Positions 22,431 through 35,015 of a stretch of DNA of 64,000 nt are shown one piece after another. The position numbers and the translations under genes were made by a program. The notes beneath the pieces were generated by a model. It worked only from the letters and a program-made list of their open reading frames with translations, did no database searches and was not told where the DNA came from. Source of the DNA: Raillietiella orientalis (Eukaryota). How positions within the stretch are numbered: position 1 is the stretch's first letter; each line of letters starts with the position of its first letter. The stretch spans positions 2,852,001 through 2,916,000 of the forward strand of contig JAYWIR010000007.1 of assembly GCA_036172245.1 (NCBI GenBank), written 5' to 3'.

Positions 22431-25400
22431 AGTCTGCAGCATCAGTGGCAGGTGCCGCGACAAGCCGTTTCATCTTCGTTTCTAAGATGTGACGTCTTTC
22501 TCCAAGAGGGCTCACTTGGAATAGCCCCAACGACTTCCTCTTCGGAGAAACCTTTCCTGACGTTTTCAGAAAACTCACCCTGCTAAGTGTGTTGACCGAA
22601 ACCAATTGGAACGGGGAAGCAGCTGAGTAAAAAAAATCCTGGTCCTAAGGATAACTTTTCGAAAGAGATTGGACTCTTTCTCCCATCTTTGAGATGTTTT
22701 CGCCAGGAAGGTACTGTGGCCTTCAAGTGCAGCCTACCAAGGACGTATAGCCTGAAATTTTGCAACCTCAAGGATGGCGCTGCCTGCAAGATTCTCGGCA
22801 GGAATTCGACTTTGGCGGGTCAGCTTCCTGATTCCGTGTTCTCATTCCAAGCTGCACAAAGAGTGTCAATGTCCTCATCTGACTGACCGCATATCACAGC
22901 TGTCGAATATTCGTGCTTGCACACATTCAGTGGAGACTAGAGACAGGGGCGTTTCTCACGCTAACCTAAGATGGAAAAAAGGTCCATTCCGTGTCTCCGG
23001 ATCTAAGTTCCTCAGGGTCGCTCAATTCCATCGGTCCTCTGCCAAAAAAGACGAACGGGCTCCGATTTGCAAAGAGAACACCTGGTCTCCAGATGACGTT
23101 TTCGTCCCAGAATCCCTTCCTCTCAATCCTGCCACACTCATCTACTTCCAGCCTTGTGTGGGACTACTGTTAACTCGGAAACATTTTTTTTCCAAGGAAA
23201 ACAAACTCTGGAGATAGAAGGCTGGTTTTCACTCAGTACTCGGAGCTCAAGGAAGAGGGTCGGATCACGACTCGCAGACCTGTTTTGGCAGAAGATCAAA
23301 GAAGGAAAGGAACAGGAGGTAGTGATTGAGATGGGAACGTAAGGCGAGAGGGGGAGGGAGAGGAATGAGGACACTGTTTAGGTAAGCCGCATCTTCTGCA
23401 ATTTTTCTCCTTTCCTTGCTTCAGATGAGCCCACTGCACTCCTCCTCCCCCTCCGAAGGGAGAACAGAGCGTATGACCCCCCTCTAACGTATTTTCTTAT
23501 GTGCCTTCAGCTCGTAGTGGGCAAACCTTGATCTTCCCGGGGCAATGAGTAATGTGGGATGAAGCACCGCAGCCTCGAGGAGCACCAAGATGCTCTTGCG
23601 AAGAGCCTCACAGGAAAGTGGGGTAAGGAAGTGTTTACTTTCTAGCATCTAGCACGGTTTGCGGAACACACTTTCCTCTCCTCGAAATGTCGGAGCTCTG
23701 GTTGCACGGCAACGTCCGTGCGTGAAGAGCAACGCGGCACGCTGCCACTTGAGCTGTCCAAATACCTGGAGGGAACTACAAAACCTGCTGACGCAAGCTG
23801 TCATCACTGGAGCATTCCTCCGTGAGAGAAGTGGAAGATGCTTCAAGTTGATCCATCGGATCTCCTTCGAGCTAGATGACTCCTACGGATCACGAAAGCT
23901 CCCACCTCGGAGTCTGGCAACTGCCGCTCATGTTTCATAACAAGTATACAGAGAGAATGGCTTTGGTTTGGATGCACTTTTTCCATTCACATAGGACATC
24001 CTCAAGCAGTGTACAACCAGAGATGTTTGAGATCAGGGCATATCGAATGCTCTGGTTCATTTCTGTTAACAAGCTTTTGTTCATCTGTTCAAACAGAGTG
24101 AAGGAAACTTGTTCTAAGAAAGTTTCGAACGAGTAGCCCTGATGGTGCTGGAACAGATGGCGAGCAGGTGTAATGCAGTCTTGCACAAAAGATACACCAG
24201 TTCTCGAAGTGCCTTCTGCTCTCTAGAATAGCCAAATGTAAAATTAGGCATGCTGAATTCGAGAGCTGCGTTCGCGCAAAGCCTTACTAGGAGTTCTGTC
24301 CTTCTAGTATTGAGGCAGAGGATCTTACCCTTCATTCAGCTTTTCGTCCTTAAACACAACTGCGTGAAAGAATTTAATCCTGGATTTCAGCAGCAGCAGC
24401 AGAATTAGCATTCTACTTATCAGTTAGATCATGTTTCTACAGGAAAAAGTTTTCTGAAAGCGTAGCTACAAAATTGACTCTTTTCTCTCGGCTTCCTGGA
24501 AACGTATTTTAAATGCAGGAAACATCTCATTCATTTTTGCGTAGTCTCAGAAGAAACAAAGATGAAGTTACAAAAGAATGCATTGCATTTCAGCTTAGGT
24601 GCATCAGTTCCGTTAACAAGCTTCTGTTCATCTGCTTGAACAGTGGCCAATCTGTCTGATGTCATCTTGTTCCTCATAGCCTCATGCCCTTCTCCGTATC
24701 ATGATCTTGTTTCTTCTCGATTCCATAAAGTCTAATCCGCTGGTTTTTTTATGTCCTCCTTCCTGAACATGATTTTGTTCATCTTCATTGTCTTGTCTTC
24801 CTTGTCTTTGGTTTTTTGCATCTTCCAACCCATTGATCGCTAAAAGATGCTTTAGCGGGATCCTGTAGACTAATTATTGTGCTGGGGAGTCTCAAAGTCA
24901 AGTGAATGGCTTCTGTCTCTGCAGCAGGAAGATTGCTTTTCTTCTTGATCAGAGTTCCCCTCTTTCATGAGGAGGTATAGCTGCTTTGAGTCCCTCAAAA
25001 TCATGAGATAACACCAGGCATAATTATGAAATGTCTTTATTTCATAACGATCTACGTTTCACAGTCCGAATACCATATCCCGATCTCAGAATCTTAATCT
25101 CCATAATTTGGTTTGAGTTTTTTTCCAAAATATTCTTTTAATGACAGAAGCTTCTTCTTCACCTCGCATCCGTGGAAATTTTCTCTCAAAAGGTCTTTTA
25201 TTTATCTCATTTAAAGCCATTAACATGCATCTGCTGGTCACTTGCCCGAGGGAAGAAAAACAGGAAATACATGAGTTGTACCGCTTCCGTATTCTTTCAG
25301 TGCCGGACAGTGGAAATAGAATTTTCGAAGACCAGTTTTCCATCATAGGAACTGTCGTGATCCTTTAGCGTTCACATGAATATGATACAGATGCTGAAAG

Positions 25401-25716
25401 CAGCTGACAGCCGCGCTCAGTTGACGGACTTAACTATGCATCAAGCTGCATTGGTTTTTTATGAGTCCTTGGAAAATGCTGTTGAGCAAGGTGTCACTTG
25501 CTTTGATGTTTGCTAGACCAAGTACTCAGCTATTAACGAATGCGAAACCCAAAGTGAAGCCTAAAGATCGCCTTTAGAACAAGAAATCATCAACTGATAC
25601 TAAAGCTCGACGTTTCTTCTTAAGTCCCTTCTGTTCAACCTTGACCTCAAACAAAATCCAGTGCAATTCTGATCGAAGCTACGCTTGTTTACGGAAGCCT
25701 GCTTCACCACCGACAA

Positions 25717-25813
25717 CTTCTCGACCCTCAGTCTCATCTCTCATTCATGGCTTCATCCGTGGATTGGAGATGGACGTATTGAAATTGCCTTCCTAAACCT
25801 TCTTTCACAACTT
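25717..25813. repeat. Short diverged inverted repeat arm (partner 28770-28862)
   Basis: Shared aagttgtgaaag.aggtttagg, ccaatcca.ggat and tgagagatgagactgagg in opposite orientation. Confidence 0.75.
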
Positions 25814-27150
25814 CCTTCAGCAGGCGGACAGCGACTGGAGAAGATCCGAAATGCACAACAAACCTCTGTTCTCTCTTCAGACTCTCAGTGCTGCACCAGA
25901 ACGGGATCCATCAATGTTATTTTTAGAGAGAATCAAGGACTTTGGAATGCTTAGCTCTGCGTCATGAAGTTAATCATTGATATTACTTCCGTCGAAGATT
26001 GAAATTTTGATCCTACGTTGTTACTTGCATCGAGCTGTCACTCAAAACCTGCTCTTCTTAATTCAATAAGCATAAACCCAACATCTTTGAATTTAAGCAT
26101 TGAAACTTTCAAAACATACTTAAGTTTAATAGAAGAGAAGATTGTATATGAACGCAAATGTGTATGAACGACGAATGTGAATGCAATCGACCATATTCTG
26201 GAGTCTTCTGTTAGTATTTCAGTTTTCCCACAGCATATGATACCAGGAAAATACCATGCGGACAGTATATAAACGTAACAGCACACGACGTCAATCAAAA
26301 AGATGACTGCATGCAAATTTTTACCATCACTAGTAAGGATCTAGAATTTTCAAGTGTTTTCTTCTTGTGATGGACTCGTTTCTTTCGTCGAGAAAACTTT
26401 AGTATGAACTCTCCGGAAGACCATCTGTTATTCAGGAAGCACACGTACCATGAGAGAGTTGCCCTCACAGAATAAATGCAGTGAAGAACACCAGCAACTT
26501 AGCGTAGTGCTAATTTCAGTGTCCACAGAATGAATCGAAAGCAGACTTTCGCTAAAACACATCGTAGAGATCAGTTGACATGGTATTCCGCTGTGCTCCG
26601 CTCGGGAAGAACATTCCACTCTCATGAGGAGATGTGTAGAACGCCATATTTTGAGCTAACACTGTCCATTGCAGCCATTGCAGCCAGGATGGTTGGTCCC
26701 CTTACCTGAACCAAGATACCATTCTTGTATGCATAACTAGTGTGTTTCTAATCTTCGGGAAGATCTTGTCTCTTAACAGAGTTTCTTGGTCTCTCTTTGA
26801 AAAGCAATAGGCCAAAAAGGAAAGCAATCCTTGCACTTGATTCCTTTCCTCAACAGCGAGGCAATTGCACACAGTACGAAGATGCACACAGGAAGAAGAT
26901 TTTTCTTTTGTGGCATACTTTTCTTTGGTGGAAGGGTTATCCTAAAGAGTCTATGGTAGGAAATCACGTTGAAGTATTAAAACATGACCACTCTTTCAGG
27001 ATGAAGATTTCACAGTATTGCGTATTATCTTTCTTATTCAGTTCAAGAAAACTCGGTTCTACCGCTGTTGTGCTCTGTACCAGTGGTTTGAACACAAAAA
27101 AGAAATTCACGCTGCAATGGCTAATGACTGATGGAATCCTTTTCTGTCTT

Positions 27151-27899
27151 CGCAGTTCTTCGACACAGTTCCGTGCCACCCGAGGGTGGGTAATTCTTCA
27201 AGATAGGGGGTATCCTGGGAGGGGTCCACCCTATGAATCCAGGAAGGACTCGGAGTCCATTCCTCTCACGCCTGGGGAGGATCAACGGAAATGGAGATCA
27301 CCTCCACCCTGGTTGTCTCCGAAGAGGAACCCTGAAGGAAATCTCTTGCCTTATTCTCTTCGGAACAGTCTCCGAAGGGTCCTCTTCATCCTTTCTTCTC
27401 TGAAGGGAACCCGGAAAGGATCCGATCCTGGAATTTCTTCTCCGGAGGGATCTACCTGCAAGGGATCCGCTCCTGTTTTTACATCTCTGGAGAGAACCCA
27501 GAAGGAACGCTTCCGAAATTCAGAAGGACGCAGCTTCCCTAAGTTCGCGTCTCTGCACTCTCTGAGAGGTGGTGACGACACACTTACTCTATCAGTTCGA
27601 CATGGAGGGGTTCACCCCCGCAATGAGGGTTAGCTCCTTCACAACCGGAGGGAAGCTCCCACTCCTTGATTCCTGGAAGGACCCGGAGGTCGACTCCCCT
27701 TTGTCCCGGCCCTCATCGGCGGCATGCGGTTTCAACCGCTACCAGTGCCTCACCCGGATGAATGTAGGCCAACCAGCGTCATCTTGTGGGGTGAACTTGG
27801 AACCCACGACGCACTGCGTCGATTCCTTTCGGAGTATTCGAACCCACGACGCATGGTGCCACGCGCGGGGACCACCGTAACCACACAGCCTCCGACGCG
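27151..27899 (-). mobile_element. tRNA-headed SINE-like / structured Pol III element, copy B
   Basis: Head CGCGTCGGAGGCTGTGTGG..GCGCGTGG..GGGTTCGAAT; collinear conserved blocks with 5491-6149 (gatgacgctggtt, ttccagga.tca.ggagt, ttccctccggttg, ggagacaaccagg, atagggtgg, cttgaaga.ttac); no T4 run on the minus strand until ~27100. Confidence 0.75.
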
Positions 27900-28769
27900 G
27901 ACTGATGTGAAGATGAGCAGCAAGAGTACCCATGGGAGAAAACTTATTTTTATGCTATCTGGGAACTCACTGGGGTATTCTAAGAAATCTGCTTCTTCAC
28001 TCCAACAAATGTGTCCGGAAAGACAGTGTACGATGCCAACCTTTAAGAACCCTTCTAGCATTCAAATGTTGAGGCTTTTTCCGACTTACAACGGTTGTAC
28101 CACAATGACTGGGTGCAACACAAGCTACCCAATTATGAAAGGAAGTGAAGCGTCCAGTCAAATGCTGGAGACCTCGAAAGGAAGGAGCAACGGAATTTTG
28201 CTGATTGTCCTGGGGAAACAAGAGATTTTGATAAAGACTTTGGATATGGTTCTTCAAGTATTGAGGAATACATTAGATGTTGGCAACAGTGTTTATGGTA
28301 AATGAAATGTAATGGGCACAGTGTAGCCTCCTCATTTGCTGTACTTCAAGAGATGTAACGTCTACTAGGCAGTCAACAAAAAAAGGGAACACTCGAACTT
28401 TCTATGCAAATTAGGGCACGCCAATGAGAAACTATAAAACATCTCCGTGTGTAGGATCTGCAACAAAATTTGGCTACTCCTTAGGAGACAGCAAACACAA
28501 AGTATTCAGAGAAATAGAGGATTTTAGTGATCAGGGGATGCAATCGGATGCAATAGTTATGCGAGTCTTGTGATGCGTCTGAGAAAAAGAAGCTCAGGAT
28601 CAGTCATGGTCACTGAGGTTCCGAGAAAACATTCTTGAGAATTTGATCTCGCTTAGAACATTCTTCAACGCTGACTGTGTAAACTCAAGAGGAAAGAATA
28701 CAGCGACAAATAGAAGAAGGTTCATTCGAAGAGTTCAGCGCATGGACACTAAAAATTAAGAAATTCTAA

Positions 28770-28862
28770 AAGTTGTGAAAGGAGGTTTAGGGAGACTATT
28801 TCAACACACAACCAATCCATGGATAAATTCATGTCTGAGAGATGAGACTGAGGATTGAAAAG
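28770..28862. repeat. Short diverged inverted repeat arm (partner 25717-25813)
   Basis: Aligns to the reverse complement of 25717-25813. Confidence 0.75.
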
Positions 28863-29150
28863 AATGGCAGGGGAATCTTAGAAAATGGCTGAAGCAAAGC
28901 GGAGATGACTCCAAACGGCCTTTTTAATAAGTCGTGTTTTGTGGTCTGCAGAAAAATCTTCTACAGCTCTTTTACTTTATTCCCTTCCGTGAGCTTTGCA
29001 TCTTCCAATTCATTTATGTGTCAGCGTAAACGCAGGCACGTGAATGAATTGGAAGGTAAGGAGTCTATTGTCTCCCTCCTAAGATAGTAAAACTGGTACC
29101 GCTGCAACTGGTCTTTTGATTGCAGCATTGGCTCTAAAGAAACGCGAGTA

Positions 29151-29790
29151 TCAATGTTGAGACAGTGCAAGTGAAATTAATGTTCGTCGATGTTTACCTA
29201 GAACTGCTTGCACTTCTCCCGGTGTTGGCAATGACCTCAGTGGTGTGGTAGGATTATGAACACGCAGGGGCAGGTTAATGATGAGTCGGTTGGCAGCCTT
29301 CTGAACTTCAGGGACACCAGCAGCAAGAACAGCATCAGAAAGAACACTAGGGGTCTCAGCAGGCGCATGAGTGTCAGTGGGAGCAGCAACAGCTATATGA
29401 TCGAAACCAGGATCCTTAGTGGAGGCATTCTCAACATGGGAACCAGAAACACAGACAGGACCAGCGATATGAGCCTCAGCTGTTTCCATATCAGGAGAAT
29501 GAGAGCACCTTCACCAAAGGCAGGGCCACTAGCAGCATCAAACCATTCCATGCCGCGGTAGCCTCCAGCCAGTTTCCTCTCCTAATAACCTTATGAAGGG
29601 GGCAGATCCCCTTTTGCCTCGACATCCTCCACATCTATCCTTCGTTGACCTCCTATAACTTCAGATGGTGCAATGGCAGCAGTAGGAAAGAAGGGACTCC
29701 CTTTAGAAATACGCGAGGAGCTGAATTAGGGTGGAAAGAAGGCAACATTCGACCTCGGAGGCAAGGAGACAGCTTCAGTATCTTCACAGG
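29151..29790 (-). pseudogene. Coding-like remnant: Ala/Pro/Val-rich frame, possibly non-LTR ORF1
   Basis: Marked GNT/GNC codon bias in ORF 29151-29489; upstream LRGRMLP..RVFLKGVPSFL is weakly ORF1/RRM-like. Confidence 0.3.
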
Positions 29791-32700
29791 CAAACCTAGC
29801 CAAGATTGCTTGAAAAAACCTTGGCGAGTTTGCGTCACACTTCGTTCCAGAATCATTTGAGGGAGCAATGCGCTACATCTTGGCAGATAAAGCCTATGAT
29901 TACGACTTTCCTGGAATGGAAGGAAGGAATTCACTTGAAGGATGCATCTTTGCTTTTGGTTTCTTGGATTTCTTCCAAAGAATGCATTCCACGAATGGAG
30001 CATGAGTTTTCAGTTATGCAATTCCTTGGATGCGTGAAGGAAAAGGTCTTCTGCTGAGCACATAATAAAGATGAGTCTTTTAAAAATAAATAAATAAATA
30101 AAGATGAGTCTCTTCCGAATCTGAGTTCACCCAAAGTCACTCTTAGTGAGACTTGCTTTCGCCATAGGCTGTGATAAGTGGTAAAGGCCACTGGTCCAGC
30201 TCATTGTACGAATTATCGATCCGCTAGGGAATTTCCAATTGATGCCATTCTCCGAATTTTGCTGCTTTCTCTGCCAATCTTCGGAAGGCTGCTCTTTTAC
30301 GAGGGAGAAACTTGGAAAGATGCTGCGTTCGTTTTAAAAGACTTCAGAGACAAAAATGTGGTCTCTTAACTCCCTATATTTTTGTGCAGACAGGCTCCTC
30401 GGTGCAAATCCCATTCCTTTGTACGATCACATATCCCCTCAGAGAATTTTACAACGAATTTCACCTGAAAATATGCTGAGCTCATTCACCGGCCCAGTTT
30501 CAATCTACTTTCATTAAGCAGTAAAACAAAGTTCCCTGAGGTCGTTTTTTGAATTCCCGATACTCTTTTAAGGAGTTTCACAATTTCGGCTACCTTTTGT
30601 CAGCCCTTGTCTTTCTTCCTGGTCTTCGAGCGACTCATTGAAAAGACGCATGGCTTTCTGTTCTTCTCTTAGAACAGGATGGAAAACCTGCTACCCGCAT
30701 CTATGTGTGCCTCTCGAGAATGTTTCGGAATTGCAACCAGCCCTCTGGGGCTCGTTGCAGATCTACTACCTTAGCTTACAGATGGACCAGTGACAGTGGA
30801 CGGCATTTTAGTAGAGTACAAAAAAAGAAATGGAAGAAATTCAACAGTGAGAAACTAGGATTTTTTGTGAATGAAATTGTGATCAGCATTCTCGTAACTG
30901 GGAGGAAATTTTTCGTGCCGCCGCTACTTTCAAACTTGCAAAACTAGAAAGCACGATAGAAAAAACTTTCTTCTGATTTTTAGATCATAGGAATCAGAAA
31001 GATGCGCAGAAATCTAGGTCAATGAAATGTAATTAGAAATGAATTTTGTTTTCTCTTCGCTTTTCTCCCTCAGTGTCAGTCAGCTTTTCTATCAAGGGCA
31101 GCTTTCTGAAGGCAATGGAGTGCTTCTCTATAGAGAAAGCTCCAAAATCTCTCTAATGTTGCAGTAGAGATAGTCAATTTCAAAAGCCTCACACTTAGGC
31201 TGTCCTTGAAGCCACCCAGAGCGTTCTTCCTTCCATTGCCCTCACATATAGCTTTCAGAAAATGCCATGGGAAAGACATGCACACCGGCGATAGAGGCTT
31301 GACATGGCACACAGCGGCGTGAAATGTGGTCAACTCATAAGTACTTCCGTTTGGTTTCACCTTCCTTGGATTTCTCAAAGATGAGCTCAGAAACCACATG
31401 CCTTCCTTAACAGATAGGATCCATCAAAGCATCCTTGAACGAATTTCTGGTAAATATCTGAGAAACGTGGAAGCGCTTCCGTAGGAATGTTAATAACTAC
31501 TAAATTGGAAAAGGGGATGAAAAAGTCTCTCAGAACAAAAATAGAAAACTTGTGAATTCTCTTGAAATCAGAATCATTCACTTGGAATGAAGTGTACGAA
31601 AGTTTCCATTAGGTGTTTCTGCTCAAACACTTTACCCACTGAAGAAGCACTGGGGTATTGAAGAGCACATTATCATTCTTTTCGATACGAAGCTTCGATT
31701 GCGCAAAGCTGACTCTTCTATAAATCCCCAGAGCTCGTTCCACGTTTTTCGCCTTTTCCTATGAAGCAATGCATTCCTGATAAAGCTTCCGGGAAACAAG
31801 GTCTTTCTGGATCTTTCTGGATCTCAAAGTTTCCCTTGGAAGAGCAAGGAATTTTCCGGAACCCTGCGTTCCTTCGTGCAGATCCTGCAGTCGTCTCCGA
31901 GCAAGTTAACTGTAAGAGATGCAGGATATTGCCACCCTACCCAGTATTGGGACTTGAATGTAGAAAAACCCACATGATGGACACGAGAGGTTTGATACTT
32001 TTTTATAGGGAAGAGAATCTTCTTGTCACTTCCGGAAGACATTCGCATGCAAATCCATAGTGGTCCACCCTGTCGGTTCACTGTGGCTTGCAAATGCCCG
32101 CGGGTAGGACTTGACATCGATAGCCCTGAGCACTAGTCTTCTCTGCGTACAAATCTGCCCTCGAGGAGTCCACTTGATTAAAGTATTTTCTTCGTTCCTA
32201 CTTCTTGAATAGTGCACAGGAATTCGGGGTACTCCGAGGAAAACCCAGGAAGTGCTTGATGCTTCGGTCATTTCTGTGATTCCATTTGGAATTCTCATGC
32301 AGCCATCCATCGTGTCCAATTTCCTTCTCCCTTGGAGTGCACAAGCAAGTCTTCCTGAGCTCTGGACGGGGAATCAGGAGCACGGGGCATCTTCCTAAGA
32401 GCTATCCCTTTGGATTTCCTTTAGCATCTCCGAAGCAGAAAAGGCTTCATCCATTTATGGCCATGCTTTGTTGCTCTCCATTGGCACTTGATCATCATAA
32501 ATGATGAGATTGGTTGTCTGAAGACATGACAAAGTGTTGCTTATCTCTGCCGTCGTTCCCACAAATGCAGGAAAAAGCAGCCATTTCTCTATTGGAGATT
32601 AATCTCTATCCACTGACGCTCCTAAGGAGTGAAGGTTCTGTGTAAAGGTTAGAATTTTATACCTCGCATGGCTTGTAGCAGATCCAGGTTTTCGTCCATC

Positions 32701-34114
32701 CTCCAATCTCACGCATTCGAAGGATTCTCTTTCAACTAACCCCTATGGTAAAACGGAATGCTCCTTCGGCTCGGCTAAAAGTCACCGATAGTGATTAGTT
32801 TGTGAAAACGGTGGTGACCTGTGGAAGTGCAATTTTTCTCGCGTATCTTTAGCTCTTTTTGCAGAAAGGCATCCCAAGTAGCAAAGTTCTGTGACTCGCA
32901 GCGAACCATGAGCTGTATACACTCCAAAGCTCAGAACGCTTTCATACCATTTCATCGCGATCAAAGAGATGTGAAAACGCCGCGCAAGACTCCTTTTCTC
33001 GTGGACCTCCGAAGAAGATGATACCAAATAATCTCTCGCGGAAATTCACTCTCTGCTCTTTTTCCTCCCGGTTTGCGGCTTCGTCCGGCTTTATCCTTGA
33101 AGAGACCTGCCAAGGTTGGCGACTTTTTCTGACGGTGGATCTTTTTCTTCATCTGAGGATTGATTTGGAAGCGGGATTGTTCGATGTACCAGAAATAAAA
33201 GAAGTTCTGTTACCTTTAAGAGTTATGCAGAGAGTACATGAGAAACGAATGTCACGAGCTCTCGGAAAAGACAAAGAAGAAGCCGAGCTCTAGAATGCGT
33301 ATCTCTGCCTTCCGATATAGCTTCCATGCTTCCAAAGTATCAGCTCTATGAAAGTGCACTCTTCTCATCTATATAAGCTAAGAATCTTCCTCAATGTTTG
33401 GACGACTAAATCTTTATGCACCTACTTGTCTTTGAGTTTTCTAAGGTTAAGCCGGGCTAAAATTTCTGGTCCCGAATCAGACCGTGGTGATGCGATTCAG
33501 ATACGAGGCAAGACGACATACTATCCTCTTCCGTCGCTGAGACCTCTTGATTGAGAGCAGTGTGCTCTTGCAAAACTTCATGGATGCGTCTTGGCACTTT
33601 GACTGCCTTTAAAGATGAAGCGAAAACTGGGTTCTCCAAGTCTGAAGTGGTCATCGATCCCCTAGAAAAAGCAGAGGGCGACTAAAGAGGAAAAACCGGA
33701 TGCTGCGCCTCTGGGGAGCATCTTTTTTTCTCTCGTATTTTTTTCCCTTCTTCTCACCTAAGCTGCCGCATCAGGATCGGATGCATCTGACCTCAATTTG
33801 ATTTCTCCTTTATTCGGATCCCTTGTTAGCGTCGCCTTCAGCCATTCTTCGAAGGGGGCACGAGGTTGCTCTGAAATCGCTAATCGCGTGATGCAATTTG
33901 ACAAGGAATTGTCACTCTTCCTGTCGAGCTGAATGCTCTTCGTTGCGGATCCGGCGACGCGTTTCCTGCAGCCTGCATCCGTGATGGGAATGCGGAAATC
34001 CTCCGATACCTTCCTCAGACACCGCCAAGCTTTCCTGGCCTTTCTGTTTTCTCCCGTCTCTTCGTCTCTTCCCCTGCTTTCCCGCCTCGAAATTTCCCTC
34101 TGGCCATGAAAACA

Positions 34115-34160
34115 CAACTACAACAACAACAACCAAAACACACACACACACACACACACA
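34115..34160. repeat. Compound microsatellite (CAA)n + (CA)11
   Basis: Seen directly. Confidence 0.95.
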
Positions 34161-34983
34161 AAAAGAAAAAAAGGAGGAAGGCGGCAGCAACTCTTCGTGG
34201 GAATTCGTTGCTGATGCAAAAATGCGCTTCCTCTGCCATCTCCGATGATGCACGTGGCTGGTGAACAGCATCCACGGAAAAACGGGAGGACGAGGACAGG
34301 GGGGAGGGGCGAGGAATTATCTGTTGATATTTTTATGAAAGAAGCAGACGCCTGTCCTTCTGTGCTGAATGTCCTGGAATCGAAAGCCATCGAGTCGTAT
34401 TGTTAATGGTGTTACAGATTTTTCCGTCCGGGATTTCCATAACAGCGTTCCTCCTTCCCCCAGTACGCATTTCCTATGCAAATGCGTTCTATAAACACGC
34501 AAATCCGAATCTGGAACCCCCGACGCAGTTCATGCTTCTAATATAGTAGGCATTTCTCCCTACGCCGGAGTTTATTTGAATGAAATTTCAATAGAAAAGC
34601 GATAGAAAGCATAAAACAATCACAAGCATTTAGCGTGTTTATGACAGATCTTAAGGATATGCGCGCATTTTCTCTTAAAAATGGCAATTTTTTCGCCATT
34701 TCTGTGTGGACGAAAAAAGAAAAAAAAAAAAACATCTTTTGTGTTTATGGATTCGGGAACATGCATTTATTTTGTTTCGCATCCCCTTCCTCGTAAAAGG
34801 AAACTTGAAAATTATTCCCCCTCCTGAAGATGTTAACGGTCCTCGCTTTTTTCCTCTTTCAAGGGGGAGAGCGAGTTGATATACGGTCTTCAGAATCGTT
34901 ATAAAAGATTGCAGCTGTGTGAATTTGGATGGGCAGCCGCAGAAAACGGAAGGCGCAATTTCATTTAAGAATATTCAGCACGT

Positions 34984-35015
<32 letters not shown>

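Noticed and set aside
23700..24230. LRR/F-box-like pseudogene (CPDLKHLWL; ~35 bp echoed near 24610)
   Set aside because: Motifs are scattered over different frames; too weak to call.
27626..27633. Telomerase-RNA template-like CTAACCCT on the minus strand of copy B
   Set aside because: Not conserved in copy A; only 8 nt, expected by chance.
26797..27633. Longest ORF (278 aa) as a gene
   Set aside because: Starts at TTG, has no recognisable domain, and runs antisense through the GC-rich tRNA-headed element.
27600..27830. Hammerhead or HDV-like ribozyme in the structured leader
   Set aside because: CCGATGAG deviates from the CTGANGA core and is absent in copy A; I could not build an HDV nested double pseudoknot by eye.
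27828..27899. Functional tRNA-His gene
   Set aside because: T-stem and acceptor stem do not pair; it is the head of a longer repeated element (same for 6078-6149).
31074..31340. UPF1-like helicase fragment (SQLFYQGQL..FRKCHGKD)
   Set aside because: Spacing is too long, frames differ, and the opposite strand is equally protein-like.
31990..32260. RTE/RTEX-like remnant on minus strand (FLGFPRSTPN; VDHYGFACECL)
   Set aside because: Only two short motifs, much closer together than in real elements; possible but unsupported.
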